From assembly GCA_963558405.1 (NCBI GenBank), contig CAUWGC010000014.1:1-46207 (forward strand): DNA of 46,207 nt, read 5' to 3'. Origin of the DNA: an uncultured Clostridia bacterium (GTDB lineage: Bacteria; Bacillota; Clostridia; TANB77; CAG-508). The position numbers and the translations under genes were made by a program. Position 1 is the first letter of the stretch. Each line of letters starts with the position of its first letter. Under the pieces are notes generated by a model, which saw only the letters and a list, made by a program, of their open reading frames with translations, had not been told where the DNA came from and searched no databases. Of this stretch, positions 12,150-22,358 are shown piece after piece.

Positions 12150-13640
12150 TTATTTATTTTTCTTTTCATTTTGTATTTCTTCTATTAGTTCTTTTACTAT
12201 AATTCTTTCATCAAATGGATATTTTTTTCCATTTATTTCTTGGTATGGTTCATGACCTTTTCCTGCAAGCACTATAATATCTCTTTTATTAGCCATTTTT
12301 ATAGCTTCTTTTATTGCATTTATTCTATCTACTATTACAATATATTTTCCTTTTGTCTTTTTTATTCCTTCTTCTATTTGTTCTACTATCTTTTCTGGCT
12401 CTTCTGTTCTTGGATTATCTGAAGTAATAATAGTAAAATCAGCAATTCTTCCAGAAATTTCTCCCATAATTGGTCTTTTACCAGAATCACGGTCTCCACC
12501 ACATCCAAAAACAGAAATAACTCTTCCTCTTGTATATGATTTTACAGCTTGTAAAATATTTTCTAAGCTTTCTGGAGAATGTGCATAATCTATCATAATT
12601 GGAATTTCTAATTTATTATCTACAAGTTCAGATCTACCAGGAACTCTTACATCTAGTAGCGCTTCCTTTATTACATCTACGGAACATCCTAATTTTTGAC
12701 CAATGCATATAGCAGCAAGTGAATTATATACACTAAATCTACCTGGTATTCCTACTTTTATTCTCTCATTACGAGTTCCTAATTTAACTTTAAAATCTAC
12801 ATAAGAATTTGTTATAGTAATATCTTTAGCTAATAAATTACAATAGTTGTCAATACCATAAGTAATAATTTCTTTGTCTGGAAATAATTTTGGAATACGA
12901 GCTGTACGAATATCATCACTATTTACAAATCCCATTTTTGCCATTTCAAATAATTTTAATTTGGAATTAAAATAATCTTCCATGTCAGGATGTTCTTTTG
13001 GGCTAATGTGATCTTCTGAAAAGTTTGTAAACACAGCTATATCAAAATCACATCCATATACTCTATTTAATTTAAGGCTTTGTGAAGATACTTCCATTAC
13101 TACAGCTTCGCATCCTTCTTCTGCCATTTTTGCAAAAACTTTTTGCAATTTACTACTTTCTGGTGTTGTACGGTCACTATCTTCTAATTTTTTATCTCCT
13201 ATGTATGTAGCAATAGTACCAATAAGTCCTACTTTTTTACCTTGTTTTTGTAGTAATTCTTTTACCATAAAACTAGTTGTAGTTTTACCTTTTGTTCCAG
13301 TAATTCCAATTAGTTTAAATTTGTATGATGGATTATCATAAAAGTTACAACTACAAATAGCTAAGGCTTTTCTTGTATCTTTAGCTAGTATTAATGTAAT
13401 ATCATCAGATAGTTTTAAATTCTTTACAGGTTCTAAATCCTCTACCATTATTACTTTAGCACCATTTTTAATTGCACTTTCTAAATAACTATGTCCATCT
13501 GTATCAAATCCCTTAATTGCAACAAACATATCTCCTTTATTTACTTCTCTAGAATCACTTGTTACATTAGATACTTCTACTTCTAAATTTCCTTTACATT
13601 TTAAACCTTCTAATCCATTTAATATTTCTGATAATTTCAT
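12150..13640 (-). CDS. murE: UDP-MurNAc-tripeptide synthetase (meso-DAP type)
   Basis: GITGTKGKTT, MEVSS, DYAHSP, SDNPR (DAP specificity), AGKGHE. Confidence 0.96.
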   Translation of the reverse strand: MKLSEILNGLEGLKCKGNLEVEVSNVTSDSREVNKGDMFVAIKGFDTDGHSYLESAIKNGAKVIMVEDLEPVKNLKLSDDITLILAKDTRKALAICSCNFYDNPSYKFKLIGITGTKGKTTTSFMVKELLQKQGKKVGLIGTIATYIGDKKLEDSDRTTPESSKLQKVFAKMAEEGCEAVVMEVSSQSLKLNRVYGCDFDIAVFTNFSEDHISPKEHPDMEDYFNSKLKLFEMAKMGFVNSDDIRTARIPKLFPDKEIITYGIDNYCNLLAKDITITNSYVDFKVKLGTRNERIKVGIPGRFSVYNSLAAICIGQKLGCSVDVIKEALLDVRVPGRSELVDNKLEIPIMIDYAHSPESLENILQAVKSYTRGRVISVFGCGGDRDSGKRPIMGEISGRIADFTIITSDNPRTEEPEKIVEQIEEGIKKTKGKYIVIVDRINAIKEAIKMANKRDIIVLAGKGHEPYQEINGKKYPFDERIIVKELIEEIQNEKKNK

Positions 13641-13821
13641 TTTCTTTCCTCCTAAAAAGAGTAATTATTATTGAATTAAATTTCTTATTTAAAAAATTTA
13701 ATCTTAATTTTCTCATTTATTATATAACGAAATTACTAATTTGTATATACTATTTTAATTTTTTAAAAGTTATACTATTTTGTTATATATTTTTTTATTT
13801 CATATTTTTACACAAAAATAT

Positions 13822-13840
13822 CCCAGGGATTTTCCCTGGG
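13822..13840 (-). terminator. Hairpin, probable terminator after the AAA ATPase gene
   Basis: CCCAGGGA-ttt-TCCCTGGG followed by a T-tract on the minus strand. Confidence 0.6.
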
Positions 13841-13842
13841 GT

Positions 13843-15159
13843 TTATTCCATTCCTAATGTAATTAATTTATCAATATATTCTGCCATAAAAATAGGCATA
13901 TTTAATATCTTTCCACTTTTATTTAAATTTCTTGTGGAAAATCTAATAGATATTTTATTTTCATTTAATTCATTAAATTTTGTCAAACTTACATTATTAA
14001 TATTATCACTTGATTTTACTTCTATTGGTATAATTTCATTTTTATATTGTATAATAAAATCAATTTCATGTCTATTAAACACATAGTAATTTGGTTTATT
14101 TTCAAATTTAAATAATAACATATTTAATATAAAATTTTCTGTTAATGAACCTTTAAATTCTTCAAATAATTTATTTCCTTCAACTACTATTTTAGAGTCT
14201 AAATTTGCTTTTCTTCTTAATAATCCAACATCTGACATGTATAATTTAAAACTACTTAAATCTGTATATGCATTTAACGGAAAGTCTGGTTTTGTTACAT
14301 TAAATATTTTATTTACAATATTTGAATTATTTAACCAATTTATGGCATCTTCATATTCTCTAGCTCTAGCTCCATCTTTAGCAACTTGATATAGAAATTT
14401 CTTGTTTTCTTTGGCAAGTTGAGATATTATGCTTTCCCATATAATAGAAATTTTTGCTTGCATATTTACAGTATCTGTATGTTTTCCAAAATCATCTTCA
14501 TAACCTTTTAAAATCTGCTTTTGTATTCTATTTACCTCTTCTATATCTTTTGTGGACACCCATGTTTTGACTACTTCAGGCATACCACCTATTATAAAAT
14601 ATGATTTTATTTTTTCATTTAATTGATTAAATATTATATCTGGTATTTTTTCAATTTTAGTTATTGATTCCATGTATTGTACTAAATTTTCCTGATTATC
14701 TGCTAACAAAAATTCTGTAAATGTCATAGGGTACATTTCTAAATACTCTACTTTTCCAACAGGAAATGAAGTATGTGATAATTTAATTCCAAGTAGACTT
14801 CCAGCACACACTATATGATATTCATTAGCCTCTTCTTTAAAATATTTTAGTGAATTTAATGCATCTGAACATTCTTGTATTTCATCAAATATTATTAATG
14901 TTTTTTCTGGCTTAATAGCTTTTCCTGTTACAAACACAAGCTGTTCTAATATTCTTTTGGGATCCTTTGTGCTTACAAATAATTCTTTAAGTGCTTCGTC
15001 ATGGTCAAAGTTAAAATATGCAATGTTTTCATATTGTTCTTCACCAAATTCCTTTAAAATATATGTTTTACCTACTTGCCTTGCACCTTTTAGTATTAAT
15101 GGCTTTCTATCTATTCTATTTTTCCATTCAATTAACTGTTCTTTTATATATCTACGCAT
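13843..15159 (-). CDS. AAA_14 ATPase with C-terminal DUF4143 / PD-(D/E)xK-like domain
   Basis: GARQVGKT, IIFDEIQ, GSLLG, GGMPE, KLYMSDVGLL, EIDFI...PIEVKS; RBS GAGGTG before ATG at 15159. Confidence 0.88.
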   Translation of the reverse strand: MRRYIKEQLIEWKNRIDRKPLILKGARQVGKTYILKEFGEEQYENIAYFNFDHDEALKELFVSTKDPKRILEQLVFVTGKAIKPEKTLIIFDEIQECSDALNSLKYFKEEANEYHIVCAGSLLGIKLSHTSFPVGKVEYLEMYPMTFTEFLLADNQENLVQYMESITKIEKIPDIIFNQLNEKIKSYFIIGGMPEVVKTWVSTKDIEEVNRIQKQILKGYEDDFGKHTDTVNMQAKISIIWESIISQLAKENKKFLYQVAKDGARAREYEDAINWLNNSNIVNKIFNVTKPDFPLNAYTDLSSFKLYMSDVGLLRRKANLDSKIVVEGNKLFEEFKGSLTENFILNMLLFKFENKPNYYVFNRHEIDFIIQYKNEIIPIEVKSSDNINNVSLTKFNELNENKISIRFSTRNLNKSGKILNMPIFMAEYIDKLITLGME

Positions 15160-15198
15160 TATGATCACCTCTTTATATTATATGTGTATTTATATACT

Positions 15199-15227
15199 AT
15201 TATACATCTAAAATCACATTTTAACAA
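15199..15227 (-). promoter_or_regulatory. SigA promoter of the AAA ATPase gene
   Basis: TTGTTA-17-TATAAT. Confidence 0.6.
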
Positions 15228-15325
15228 CTTATTTTTGAATTTTTATCACATTTCTGTAAGCTTTTTTATTATTTTTATCACATTTTTGCAAGATTTTTCT
15301 TTGATTTTATCACATAATTGCAACT
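15209..15325. repeat. Four degenerate direct repeats with exact 32-bp period (core ATCACAT)
   Basis: ATCACAT at 15213, 15245, 15277 and 15309; consensus about TTTTATCACATTTTTGCAA. Confidence 0.8.
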
Positions 15326-15336
15326 TTCTTATTCTA

Positions 15337-17340
15337 TTAAAATATAATTTGAATTTTAGAACCTTTATTAACTTCTATTCCAGGCTTAGGACTTTGTTCT
15401 TTTATTATAATTTTTGCTTTATCTAACTCTTCTCCTTCAGGTATATTATATTCTAATTCTAATCCAATTTCCTTAGCTTGAGTTTCAATATTTTTTAAAG
15501 TTTTATTACGAAATTCTGGTATTTTTACTTTTTCAATAACTTCTATTTGATCTTTATAGTCTTGACTAACCTCTAAATATGGTAAAACTTCACTTAATAT
15601 TTGAGAAGCAAGTGGTGCTGCAACTCCACCTCCTCCGTGTCCTCCTTCTCCTGTTGGGTTATATAGAACAACTACCATTACTAATTTAGGATCTTTTATT
15701 GGAGCTACTGCCATAAATGATGCTACATAACGATTTGTATCTACACCATCTTCTGATGTTCCTGTTTTTCCTCCTATTGCATATCCTTTTACACTAGCAT
15801 TTTTTCCAGTTCCTTCTGCAACTACTGATTCCATCATGCTTAATATGTTTTTTGATGTTTCTTCTGAAACTACTCTTCCTTTTTTCTCTACAGGTATTTC
15901 CCTTTTTTCTCCTGTTTTACCATCTATTATTGCTTTAACAACTCTTGGTTTTACATATTCTCCTCCATTTGCAATTGAAGAAATAGCTGTTACCATTTGT
16001 ATTGGTGTAACTTCAAAACGTTGACCAAAAGAAATAGTTGCAAGTTCTACTGGTCCTACTTTTTTTTCTGCCAAAAATATACCTTTGGCTTCTCCCATTA
16101 AATCTATATGTGTTTTATCTAAGAATCCAAATTTATTTAAATAACTATAATATTTAGAAACTCCCATTTTTTGTCCTAATCCAATAAAAACAGGATTACA
16201 CGAATTCATTAAAGCTTCTCTTAAACTTTGTGCTCCATGAGGTCTATAATATCTCCAACATTTAATACGTACACCTGCTACTTCAATTCCTCCACCACAA
16301 TTAAATTCGCCTTTCTTATCTGGTGTGGTAATACCTTCTTCCAAAGCTGCTGATGCTGTAATTATTTTAAAAACTGAACCTGGTTCATAAGTATCCGAAA
16401 TAGCCTTATTTCTCCATGCTTGTTGCATAGCTTTTGTTCTATCTTGTGAAGACATTGTATCCCATATTTTTTTTAATTCTTCTGTATTAGCAGTATATGG
16501 GTCATTTAAATTATAGTCTGGATAATTTGCCATTGCCATAATATCCCCAGTCTTAGGATTCATTATAATAACACTACCACCATCAGAACAAGCATTATCA
16601 ATACAACCCAATTTTAAATATTTTTCAACAATCCCTTGAATAGTAGCATCAATACTTAATATTAAACTATCTCCATCTACAGCAGGAATATATTCCTCTC
16701 CTTCTTCTTTTATTTCACCTCCCCTTGCGTCAGAAACACGAACAATTTTACCACTTTCTCCTTTTAAATTTTCTTCATAATATCTTTCTAATCCTTCCAA
16801 TCCTTGATTATCACTTCCGCAAAATCCTATTATTTGGGATGCTAAGTTATTAAATGGATAAAATCTTTTTGTATCTTCATCTATATTAATTCCTGTTTTT
16901 ATATTATTTTCTTCCATCCAAATTCTTAAAATATCTGTTTTTTCTTTTTCTACACGTTTTGCAATTGTTTCTATTGAACTTCTCTTTGTTACTTTTTTTA
17001 ATGTATTTTCATAATCTAATTCAAATATTTCCGAAAGTTTTTTTGCTACTTTTTCTTTTTGTTCTTCTGGAATATTAACTGGATTTACGGTAACAGTTTC
17101 TACACTGGCACTTACTGCAAGTTCTACTTTACCTGTTGAATCATAAATATTTCCTCTTTTGGGAGTAATATTTCTATCTAAGCTTTGTTGCTGATAAGCC
17201 ATAGCTTTTAATTCTTCTCCTTGAACAAATTGAATAACTGCAATTCTGGTAAGCAATAATAAAAATATTACTAATGTAATGTATAATACCCATTTAAGTC
17301 TTTTTTTTCTTGAAAGGTTTGTTGTAGTCAAAGCTTTCAT
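15337..17340 (-). CDS. spoVD: Class B penicillin-binding protein, SpoVD/FtsI-like, with PASTA domain
   Basis: N-terminal TM segment, PKRGNIYD, YEPGSVFK (SxxK), SCN, KTGT, C-terminal PASTA. Confidence 0.85.
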   Translation of the reverse strand: MKALTTTNLSRKKRLKWVLYITLVIFLLLLTRIAVIQFVQGEELKAMAYQQQSLDRNITPKRGNIYDSTGKVELAVSASVETVTVNPVNIPEEQKEKVAKKLSEIFELDYENTLKKVTKRSSIETIAKRVEKEKTDILRIWMEENNIKTGINIDEDTKRFYPFNNLASQIIGFCGSDNQGLEGLERYYEENLKGESGKIVRVSDARGGEIKEEGEEYIPAVDGDSLILSIDATIQGIVEKYLKLGCIDNACSDGGSVIIMNPKTGDIMAMANYPDYNLNDPYTANTEELKKIWDTMSSQDRTKAMQQAWRNKAISDTYEPGSVFKIITASAALEEGITTPDKKGEFNCGGGIEVAGVRIKCWRYYRPHGAQSLREALMNSCNPVFIGLGQKMGVSKYYSYLNKFGFLDKTHIDLMGEAKGIFLAEKKVGPVELATISFGQRFEVTPIQMVTAISSIANGGEYVKPRVVKAIIDGKTGEKREIPVEKKGRVVSEETSKNILSMMESVVAEGTGKNASVKGYAIGGKTGTSEDGVDTNRYVASFMAVAPIKDPKLVMVVVLYNPTGEGGHGGGGVAAPLASQILSEVLPYLEVSQDYKDQIEVIEKVKIPEFRNKTLKNIETQAKEIGLELEYNIPEGEELDKAKIIIKEQSPKPGIEVNKGSKIQIIF

Positions 17341-17505
17341 CTCCTTTAACTGTTTTATAATTTCTTTTTATATTTTATTTGTATAAAATATATTTATGCT
17401 AATGTTAATTTTGTATTTATTATTAGAAAATTAAAATATCATTATTTTTTAGTTGAAATCAATTATGAAAAATGGTATTATAAAATAAATAAAAAGGAGA
17501 AACAG

Positions 17506-18441
17506 ATGATGAAAGAAAAATTAGATTTTTATAATTATACTAATTTAAAATCATATAATTTAGACGAAAGTGCTAGATATCAATTAAATAGATTAGATGC
17601 TCTTGATGTATTTACCAGAAAACATTGTGAAAATGTTGCTAGTTTAACTTGTAGAATATGTGAATATTTACATTGCAATACATCTTTTACAGTATATTGT
17701 ACAATATGCGCTTATTTACATGACATTGGTAAATTATTTATTCCTGCTAAAATACTTCAAAAACCAGCAAGATTAACAGATGAAGAATACGAAATTATGA
17801 AAACACATACTACTATAGGTTATAAAATGTGTATGGAAGATTTAAAATTAAGACCATATGCTAATGGAGCTCATTATCATCATGAAGCTTTAGATGGTTC
17901 TGGATATCCAGAAGGTTTAAAAGGAAATGAAATACCTTATGAAGCTCAAATTATTAGAGTTGCTGATGAATATGATGCAATAGTTAGCAAAAGACAATAT
18001 AAAACACATATTGGTATATCAGACACTTTAAATATACTTGTAGAAAATGCTAAACCTTCATCTTCTGCTGTTTTATCTAAATTATCTACAAAAGCTAAAC
18101 TTGGAAAAATTAACCCTAAAATACTAAAAGCATTATTTAAAGTAGTTATTGATGATATAGAATATGAAATTTATCATGTTTCAGAATATGTTACTTACTT
18201 AAAAGAAGAAATTAAAAGATTGGAATTAATTGACAAATATCGAATACAAATGGAAAAGTCTAAAAAAGAAAAAGACAAAAATTATTACAAAGAAGGAATG
18301 AGACTTTTATTTAAAGACGGTGAAAATTTTGAAAACTGTACAAATATTTTACAAGAATACAAAACCGCATATGATGCTAGAACAAAAGCAATGGAACATT
18401 TAGCGCAAGAAATTAAGACAATTAAAAAAATGAAAATATAA
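17506..18441 (+). CDS. HD-GYP domain phosphohydrolase
   Basis: YLHDIGK, HHEALDGSGYPEGLKG, IIRVADEYDA. Confidence 0.88.
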   Translation: MMKEKLDFYNYTNLKSYNLDESARYQLNRLDALDVFTRKHCENVASLTCRICEYLHCNTSFTVYCTICAYLHDIGKLFIPAKILQKPARLTDEEYEIMKTHTTIGYKMCMEDLKLRPYANGAHYHHEALDGSGYPEGLKGNEIPYEAQIIRVADEYDAIVSKRQYKTHIGISDTLNILVENAKPSSSAVLSKLSTKAKLGKINPKILKALFKVVIDDIEYEIYHVSEYVTYLKEEIKRLELIDKYRIQMEKSKKEKDKNYYKEGMRLLFKDGENFENCTNILQEYKTAYDARTKAMEHLAQEIKTIKKMKI

Positions 18442-18464
18442 ACAGCTCTATTAAAGAGCTGTTT
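18440..18464. terminator. Bidirectional terminator between HD-GYP and mazF
   Basis: AAACAGCTCT / AGAGCTGTTT inverted repeat between convergent genes. Confidence 0.75.
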
Positions 18465-18815
18465 TATTTTCCTAAACCAAAGCTCACTCCTAAAGCATTA
18501 TTTATTTTGGCAATTGTTTCTTCATCATCAATATGCCCTATTTTTTCTTTTAATCTTGCTTTATCAATTGTTCTTATCTGTTCTGTTAATACAATTGAAT
18601 CTGATTTTAATCCATATTCATTAGAACCAATTTCAATATGAGTTGGTAATTTATTTTTAGACATCTGTGAAGTAATTGCAGCAGCAATTACTGTTGGACT
18701 ATGCTTATTTCCTACATCATTTTGAATAATAAGAACTGGACGCACTCCGTCCTTGCTCCGAACCTATAACAGGACTTAAATCTGCATAAAACATATCGCC
18801 TCTTTTAATTACCAT
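18464..18815 (-). CDS. mazF: MazF/PemK (NdoA-type) endoribonuclease, 116 aa, joined by a +1 shift at CGG (extra C at 18749)
   Basis: RBS AGGAGTGG; MVIKRGDMFYADLSPVIGSEQG c GVRPVLIIQNDVGN...EQIRTIDK gives the canonical GSEQGGVRP. Confidence 0.92.
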
Positions 18816-18914
18816 TTATACCACTCCTAATATTAGTCTATTTTTTGATATATTTTAAACATCTTTTATTATAGAGATAAAAATAGCTAATTTAGAAGTA
18901 TTTATTTTTAATAT

Positions 18915-19574
18915 TTATTTTCCTAAAGCTAATATATTTTTTCCTTTTAAATTATTTATTTTTATCTCATTATATACTATGTAAATAAAAGTCTTTTGGT
19001 TCATATCTTGTACTTCTAATTTTATTGGTTTTCCTGTTTTTTTATCAATTTTTAATACTTTTTTTATACCTTGAGCATTCTTTTGTGTTTGAAAAATCCA
19101 TTCTGTTTTTGTTTCTGAACATGTATAATTATTTTGTATTTTACATTCTTCTAAAAACGATGTTAACCATAAATTATTTTGTGTTAGATATGAATAATTT
19201 TGATAAATAGTACTTAAATTTAATTTAGTATTTTCTACTTTTAAATTTTTTCCATCATATATTGTTTTTAAACCCTTAATATTGCTTGGTTCAACTACCT
19301 CTTGAATACAAATATTAGGTTTTTGATATTTTTGTATTACTTTATACTTGTTTTTGTTTTTATTACTAATTACCTCTATTTCTGCAGTTGCTTCATAAGA
19401 ATCGATATTTAAAATATAATCTAGCGCTTGCTCTTTTGTTTGACTAATTATAGTATTTCCCATTTTTACTTCTTTATTATCTTTTTTTATAAAAAATATA
19501 ATAAAAATTAAAGCCATAATAAATATTAGCAAAACAATAAAAATTTTATTTACTTTTTGTCTTTTAAATTTCAT
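18915..19574 (-). CDS. LolA-like / GerS-related membrane-anchored protein
   Basis: N-terminal TM segment; SYEATAEIEVISNK, EVVEPSNIKG; same position as ydcC-like genes upstream of mazF. Confidence 0.65.
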   Translation of the reverse strand: MKFKRQKVNKIFIVLLIFIMALIFIIFFIKKDNKEVKMGNTIISQTKEQALDYILNIDSYEATAEIEVISNKNKNKYKVIQKYQKPNICIQEVVEPSNIKGLKTIYDGKNLKVENTKLNLSTIYQNYSYLTQNNLWLTSFLEECKIQNNYTCSETKTEWIFQTQKNAQGIKKVLKIDKKTGKPIKLEVQDMNQKTFIYIVYNEIKINNLKGKNILALGK

Positions 19575-19638
19575 TTTTCCCCTCTTTCTTCTACTTCTAA
19601 AAAAAGAAGTAAGATTTTTATCTTACTTCCAATTTATT

Positions 19639-20613
19639 CTATAAATTTTTAAAATATTCTGTTAAACAAGCTTCTAACTCATCTACTTTATTTATTTTAT
19701 TTATTTTTTCTCTAAGCTTTGTAGCGTCTTTCATATTTTTTAAGTACCATGCTATATGTTTTCTCATTTCTAGAACAGCTGTCCTTTCTCCCTTTTCTTC
19801 TATCTCTAGCATAAGGTGCTTTTTTATTATATCATATTTTTCTAAATTTGTTGGTTTTGTTAATTTTTCTCCTGTTTCTAGAAAATGTATAATTTCTCTA
19901 AATATCCATGGATTTCCTAATGCAGCTCTTCCTACCATAATCCCGTCAACACCAGTTTTATTAAACATATCTTCAGCTGTTTTTTCATCTATTATATCTC
20001 CATTGCCAATAACAGGAATTGAAACTGCTTCTTTTACTTTTTTTATTATCTCCCAATCAGCTTTTCCAGAATAAAATTCATTTCTTGTTCTACCATGTAT
20101 AGTAATAGCACTGGCACCAGCTTCTTGTATCATTTTAGCAGCTTCTACTGCTACTATATGTTCTTCATCCCATCCTTTTCTTATTTTTACTGTAACCGGT
20201 TTAGATGTAGAATCTACAACTCCTTTTATTATATCATATGCTAAATTTAAGTTTAATAATAATTTACTTCCATCTCCATTTTTTACTACTTTTGGAGCAG
20301 GGCATCCCATATTAATATCTATAATATCAGCTAACTTTTCTACTTCTTTTGTAGCATATTTCATACTTTCTACTTCACTACCAAAAATTTGAATTGATAT
20401 AGGCTTTTTTTCTCCATTTAAAACTAACATCTTTTTTGTTTTCTCATCATTATAATATAATGCTTTACTACTAATCATTTCGGTTACTACTAAACCTGGA
20501 TTATATTCTTCACATATTATTCTAAACGGTCTATCTGTTATACCTGCCATTGGTGCTAATATTACATTATTTTTTAATATTACATTTCCTATTTTTAAAT
20601 TTTTTAAATACAT
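19639..20613 (-). CDS. dusB: tRNA dihydrouridine synthase
   Basis: LAPMAGITD, DINMGCP, TVKIRKG, IHGRT, GNGDI, GRAALGNPW. Confidence 0.94.
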   Translation of the reverse strand: MYLKNLKIGNVILKNNVILAPMAGITDRPFRIICEEYNPGLVVTEMISSKALYYNDEKTKKMLVLNGEKKPISIQIFGSEVESMKYATKEVEKLADIIDINMGCPAPKVVKNGDGSKLLLNLNLAYDIIKGVVDSTSKPVTVKIRKGWDEEHIVAVEAAKMIQEAGASAITIHGRTRNEFYSGKADWEIIKKVKEAVSIPVIGNGDIIDEKTAEDMFNKTGVDGIMVGRAALGNPWIFREIIHFLETGEKLTKPTNLEKYDIIKKHLMLEIEEKGERTAVLEMRKHIAWYLKNMKDATKLREKINKINKVDELEACLTEYFKNL

Positions 20614-20622
20614 CTTTTTATC

Positions 20623-21729
20623 CTATTCCATAAATATTACTTTTTGTCTTCTACCACTAATACTTAATAGCAAAGCAATCATAATATAGCTTGTCATCAT
20701 ACTGGTTCCACCATAACTAACAAAAAGTAGTGGTACACCTGTTATAGGAAGTAATCCCATTGTCATACCAATATTTTCTAGCATATGAAAAGTAAATACA
20801 CCTGCTATTCCAATTGCTATATAAGAACCAATATCGTCTTTTGCAGTTTTAGCAATAAAAACTGCTCTTGTAATTAAAATTACATATATAATAATTATTG
20901 CACCAGCAACAACAAATCCCATTTCCTCTCCTATAACAGAATAAATAAAATCTGTTGTTTTAGGATAAAGAAAACCAAGCTGAGTTTGATTTCCTTTTAA
21001 TAGTCCCATTCCAAATAGTTCTCCTGCACCTATTGCAAGCTTTGATTGTATTACATTATATCCGCTTCCTCTTGGATCTAAATTAGGATTTAAAAATACC
21101 TCTATTCTTGTTTTTGCATGCTCAGGCAAAATATAAAAATATGCTAAAGGAAGTAAAATTGCAACAAGAATAATACTTACAATAATATATTTTTTATCTA
21201 TTCCAGCCGTATATAACATAAAAAGAAACGCTACTAAAAAAGCTGCTGCTGTTCCATAATCAGGTTGTTTTATTATAAGAAGTACAGGAACTGCAATTAC
21301 TGTAATTATTAATAATAATTTTAGTGGTTTATTAATTTCGTTTCTGCCTTTTTCTTGTATACGGCAAATTACATAAGATTCAAATAAAATTACAAAAACT
21401 TTTGCCATTTCTGCTGGTTGAAAAGAAAAAGAACCTATATCAAACCAACTTGAAGCTCCATTAATAGACTCTGTAAAAAGAACCCCTATTAATAAAATAA
21501 TAAAAATAGCATAAAATACCCAAGAGAACCTTGCAATAAATGTGTAATTAATAGAAATAACAATAAGAACAATAGGAATACATACTATAAAAAACATTAT
21601 TTGTTTTTTTAATTCTTCGTAATTATCATTTTGAGTTGCCGAAAATAAAGCAACAAATCCTATAAAAGTTAAGAGAATACTACAAATAAGTATTCCCCAG
21701 TCCATATTCTTTACAAATTTCTTTTTCAT
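20623..21729 (-). CDS. rodA: Rod shape-determining SEDS protein RodA
   Basis: FQPAE, QPDYGT, TDFIYSVIGEE, PITGVPLLFVSYGG; directly downstream of minE. Confidence 0.88.
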   Translation of the reverse strand: MKKKFVKNMDWGILICSILLTFIGFVALFSATQNDNYEELKKQIMFFIVCIPIVLIVISINYTFIARFSWVFYAIFIILLIGVLFTESINGASSWFDIGSFSFQPAEMAKVFVILFESYVICRIQEKGRNEINKPLKLLLIITVIAVPVLLIIKQPDYGTAAAFLVAFLFMLYTAGIDKKYIIVSIILVAILLPLAYFYILPEHAKTRIEVFLNPNLDPRGSGYNVIQSKLAIGAGELFGMGLLKGNQTQLGFLYPKTTDFIYSVIGEEMGFVVAGAIIIIYVILITRAVFIAKTAKDDIGSYIAIGIAGVFTFHMLENIGMTMGLLPITGVPLLFVSYGGTSMMTSYIMIALLLSISGRRQKVIFME

Positions 21730-21742
21730 ATCATCATTCCTT

Positions 21743-22336
21743 TTAATCGATATTTGTATTTGTTACAACTTCTACCGATTCAGAATTTTTTTCTTCTTTT
21801 TGCTCTTCTTTGTTTTCTTCTTGATTTTCTGTTTTTTCTTCTACATCATTTTTATTATCTTCTATTGATTTTGCTTCTTCTTTTATTTCGTTTTCTTCAT
21901 TTTGTAAATTATCTTCTTGATTATTATCATCATTTTTTTCTTTTTCTATTCCATTTTCATCTATTTTTTCTACTTGCTCTTTATTTTCATTTTCTTCTTT
22001 CTTTTTCTTTTCTGGAACACTACCATCTAAATGTCTTTCTTCATTTTTTATACTTACAATTGGAATATTTGCATATAGAGCTGGTGCACCTGTTGTTCCA
22101 TCTGAATTTGTTTTATTTGCAAGTCTTACATCAATAGCATTTTCGTCAACATCTATATATTTTTTTATTACCTCAATAATTTCTTGTTTCATTAAATCTA
22201 AAAAGTCTGCAGAAACATTTGCTCTATCTTGCATTAATACAAGATGTAATCTTTCTTTTGCAGTTTCTTTAGAACTATTATCTTCTGGCTTTGATTTTCC
22301 TAGTTTCTTAAAAAATTGCATAATGCTCTCAAACAT
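21743..22336 (-). CDS. minE: MinE with long acidic C-terminal extension
   Basis: SKETAKERLHLVLMQDR...EIIEVIKKY...LYANIPI, then about 95 residues rich in E/K/N. Confidence 0.88.
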   Translation of the reverse strand: MFESIMQFFKKLGKSKPEDNSSKETAKERLHLVLMQDRANVSADFLDLMKQEIIEVIKKYIDVDENAIDVRLANKTNSDGTTGAPALYANIPIVSIKNEERHLDGSVPEKKKKEENENKEQVEKIDENGIEKEKNDDNNQEDNLQNEENEIKEEAKSIEDNKNDVEEKTENQEENKEEQKEEKNSESVEVVTNTNID

Positions 22337-22358
22337 GATTTAGTACCTCCAGTATGTA

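Noticed and set aside
15209-15325. CRISPR array
   Set aside because: Degenerate 32-bp tandem units with no unique spacers and no cas genes
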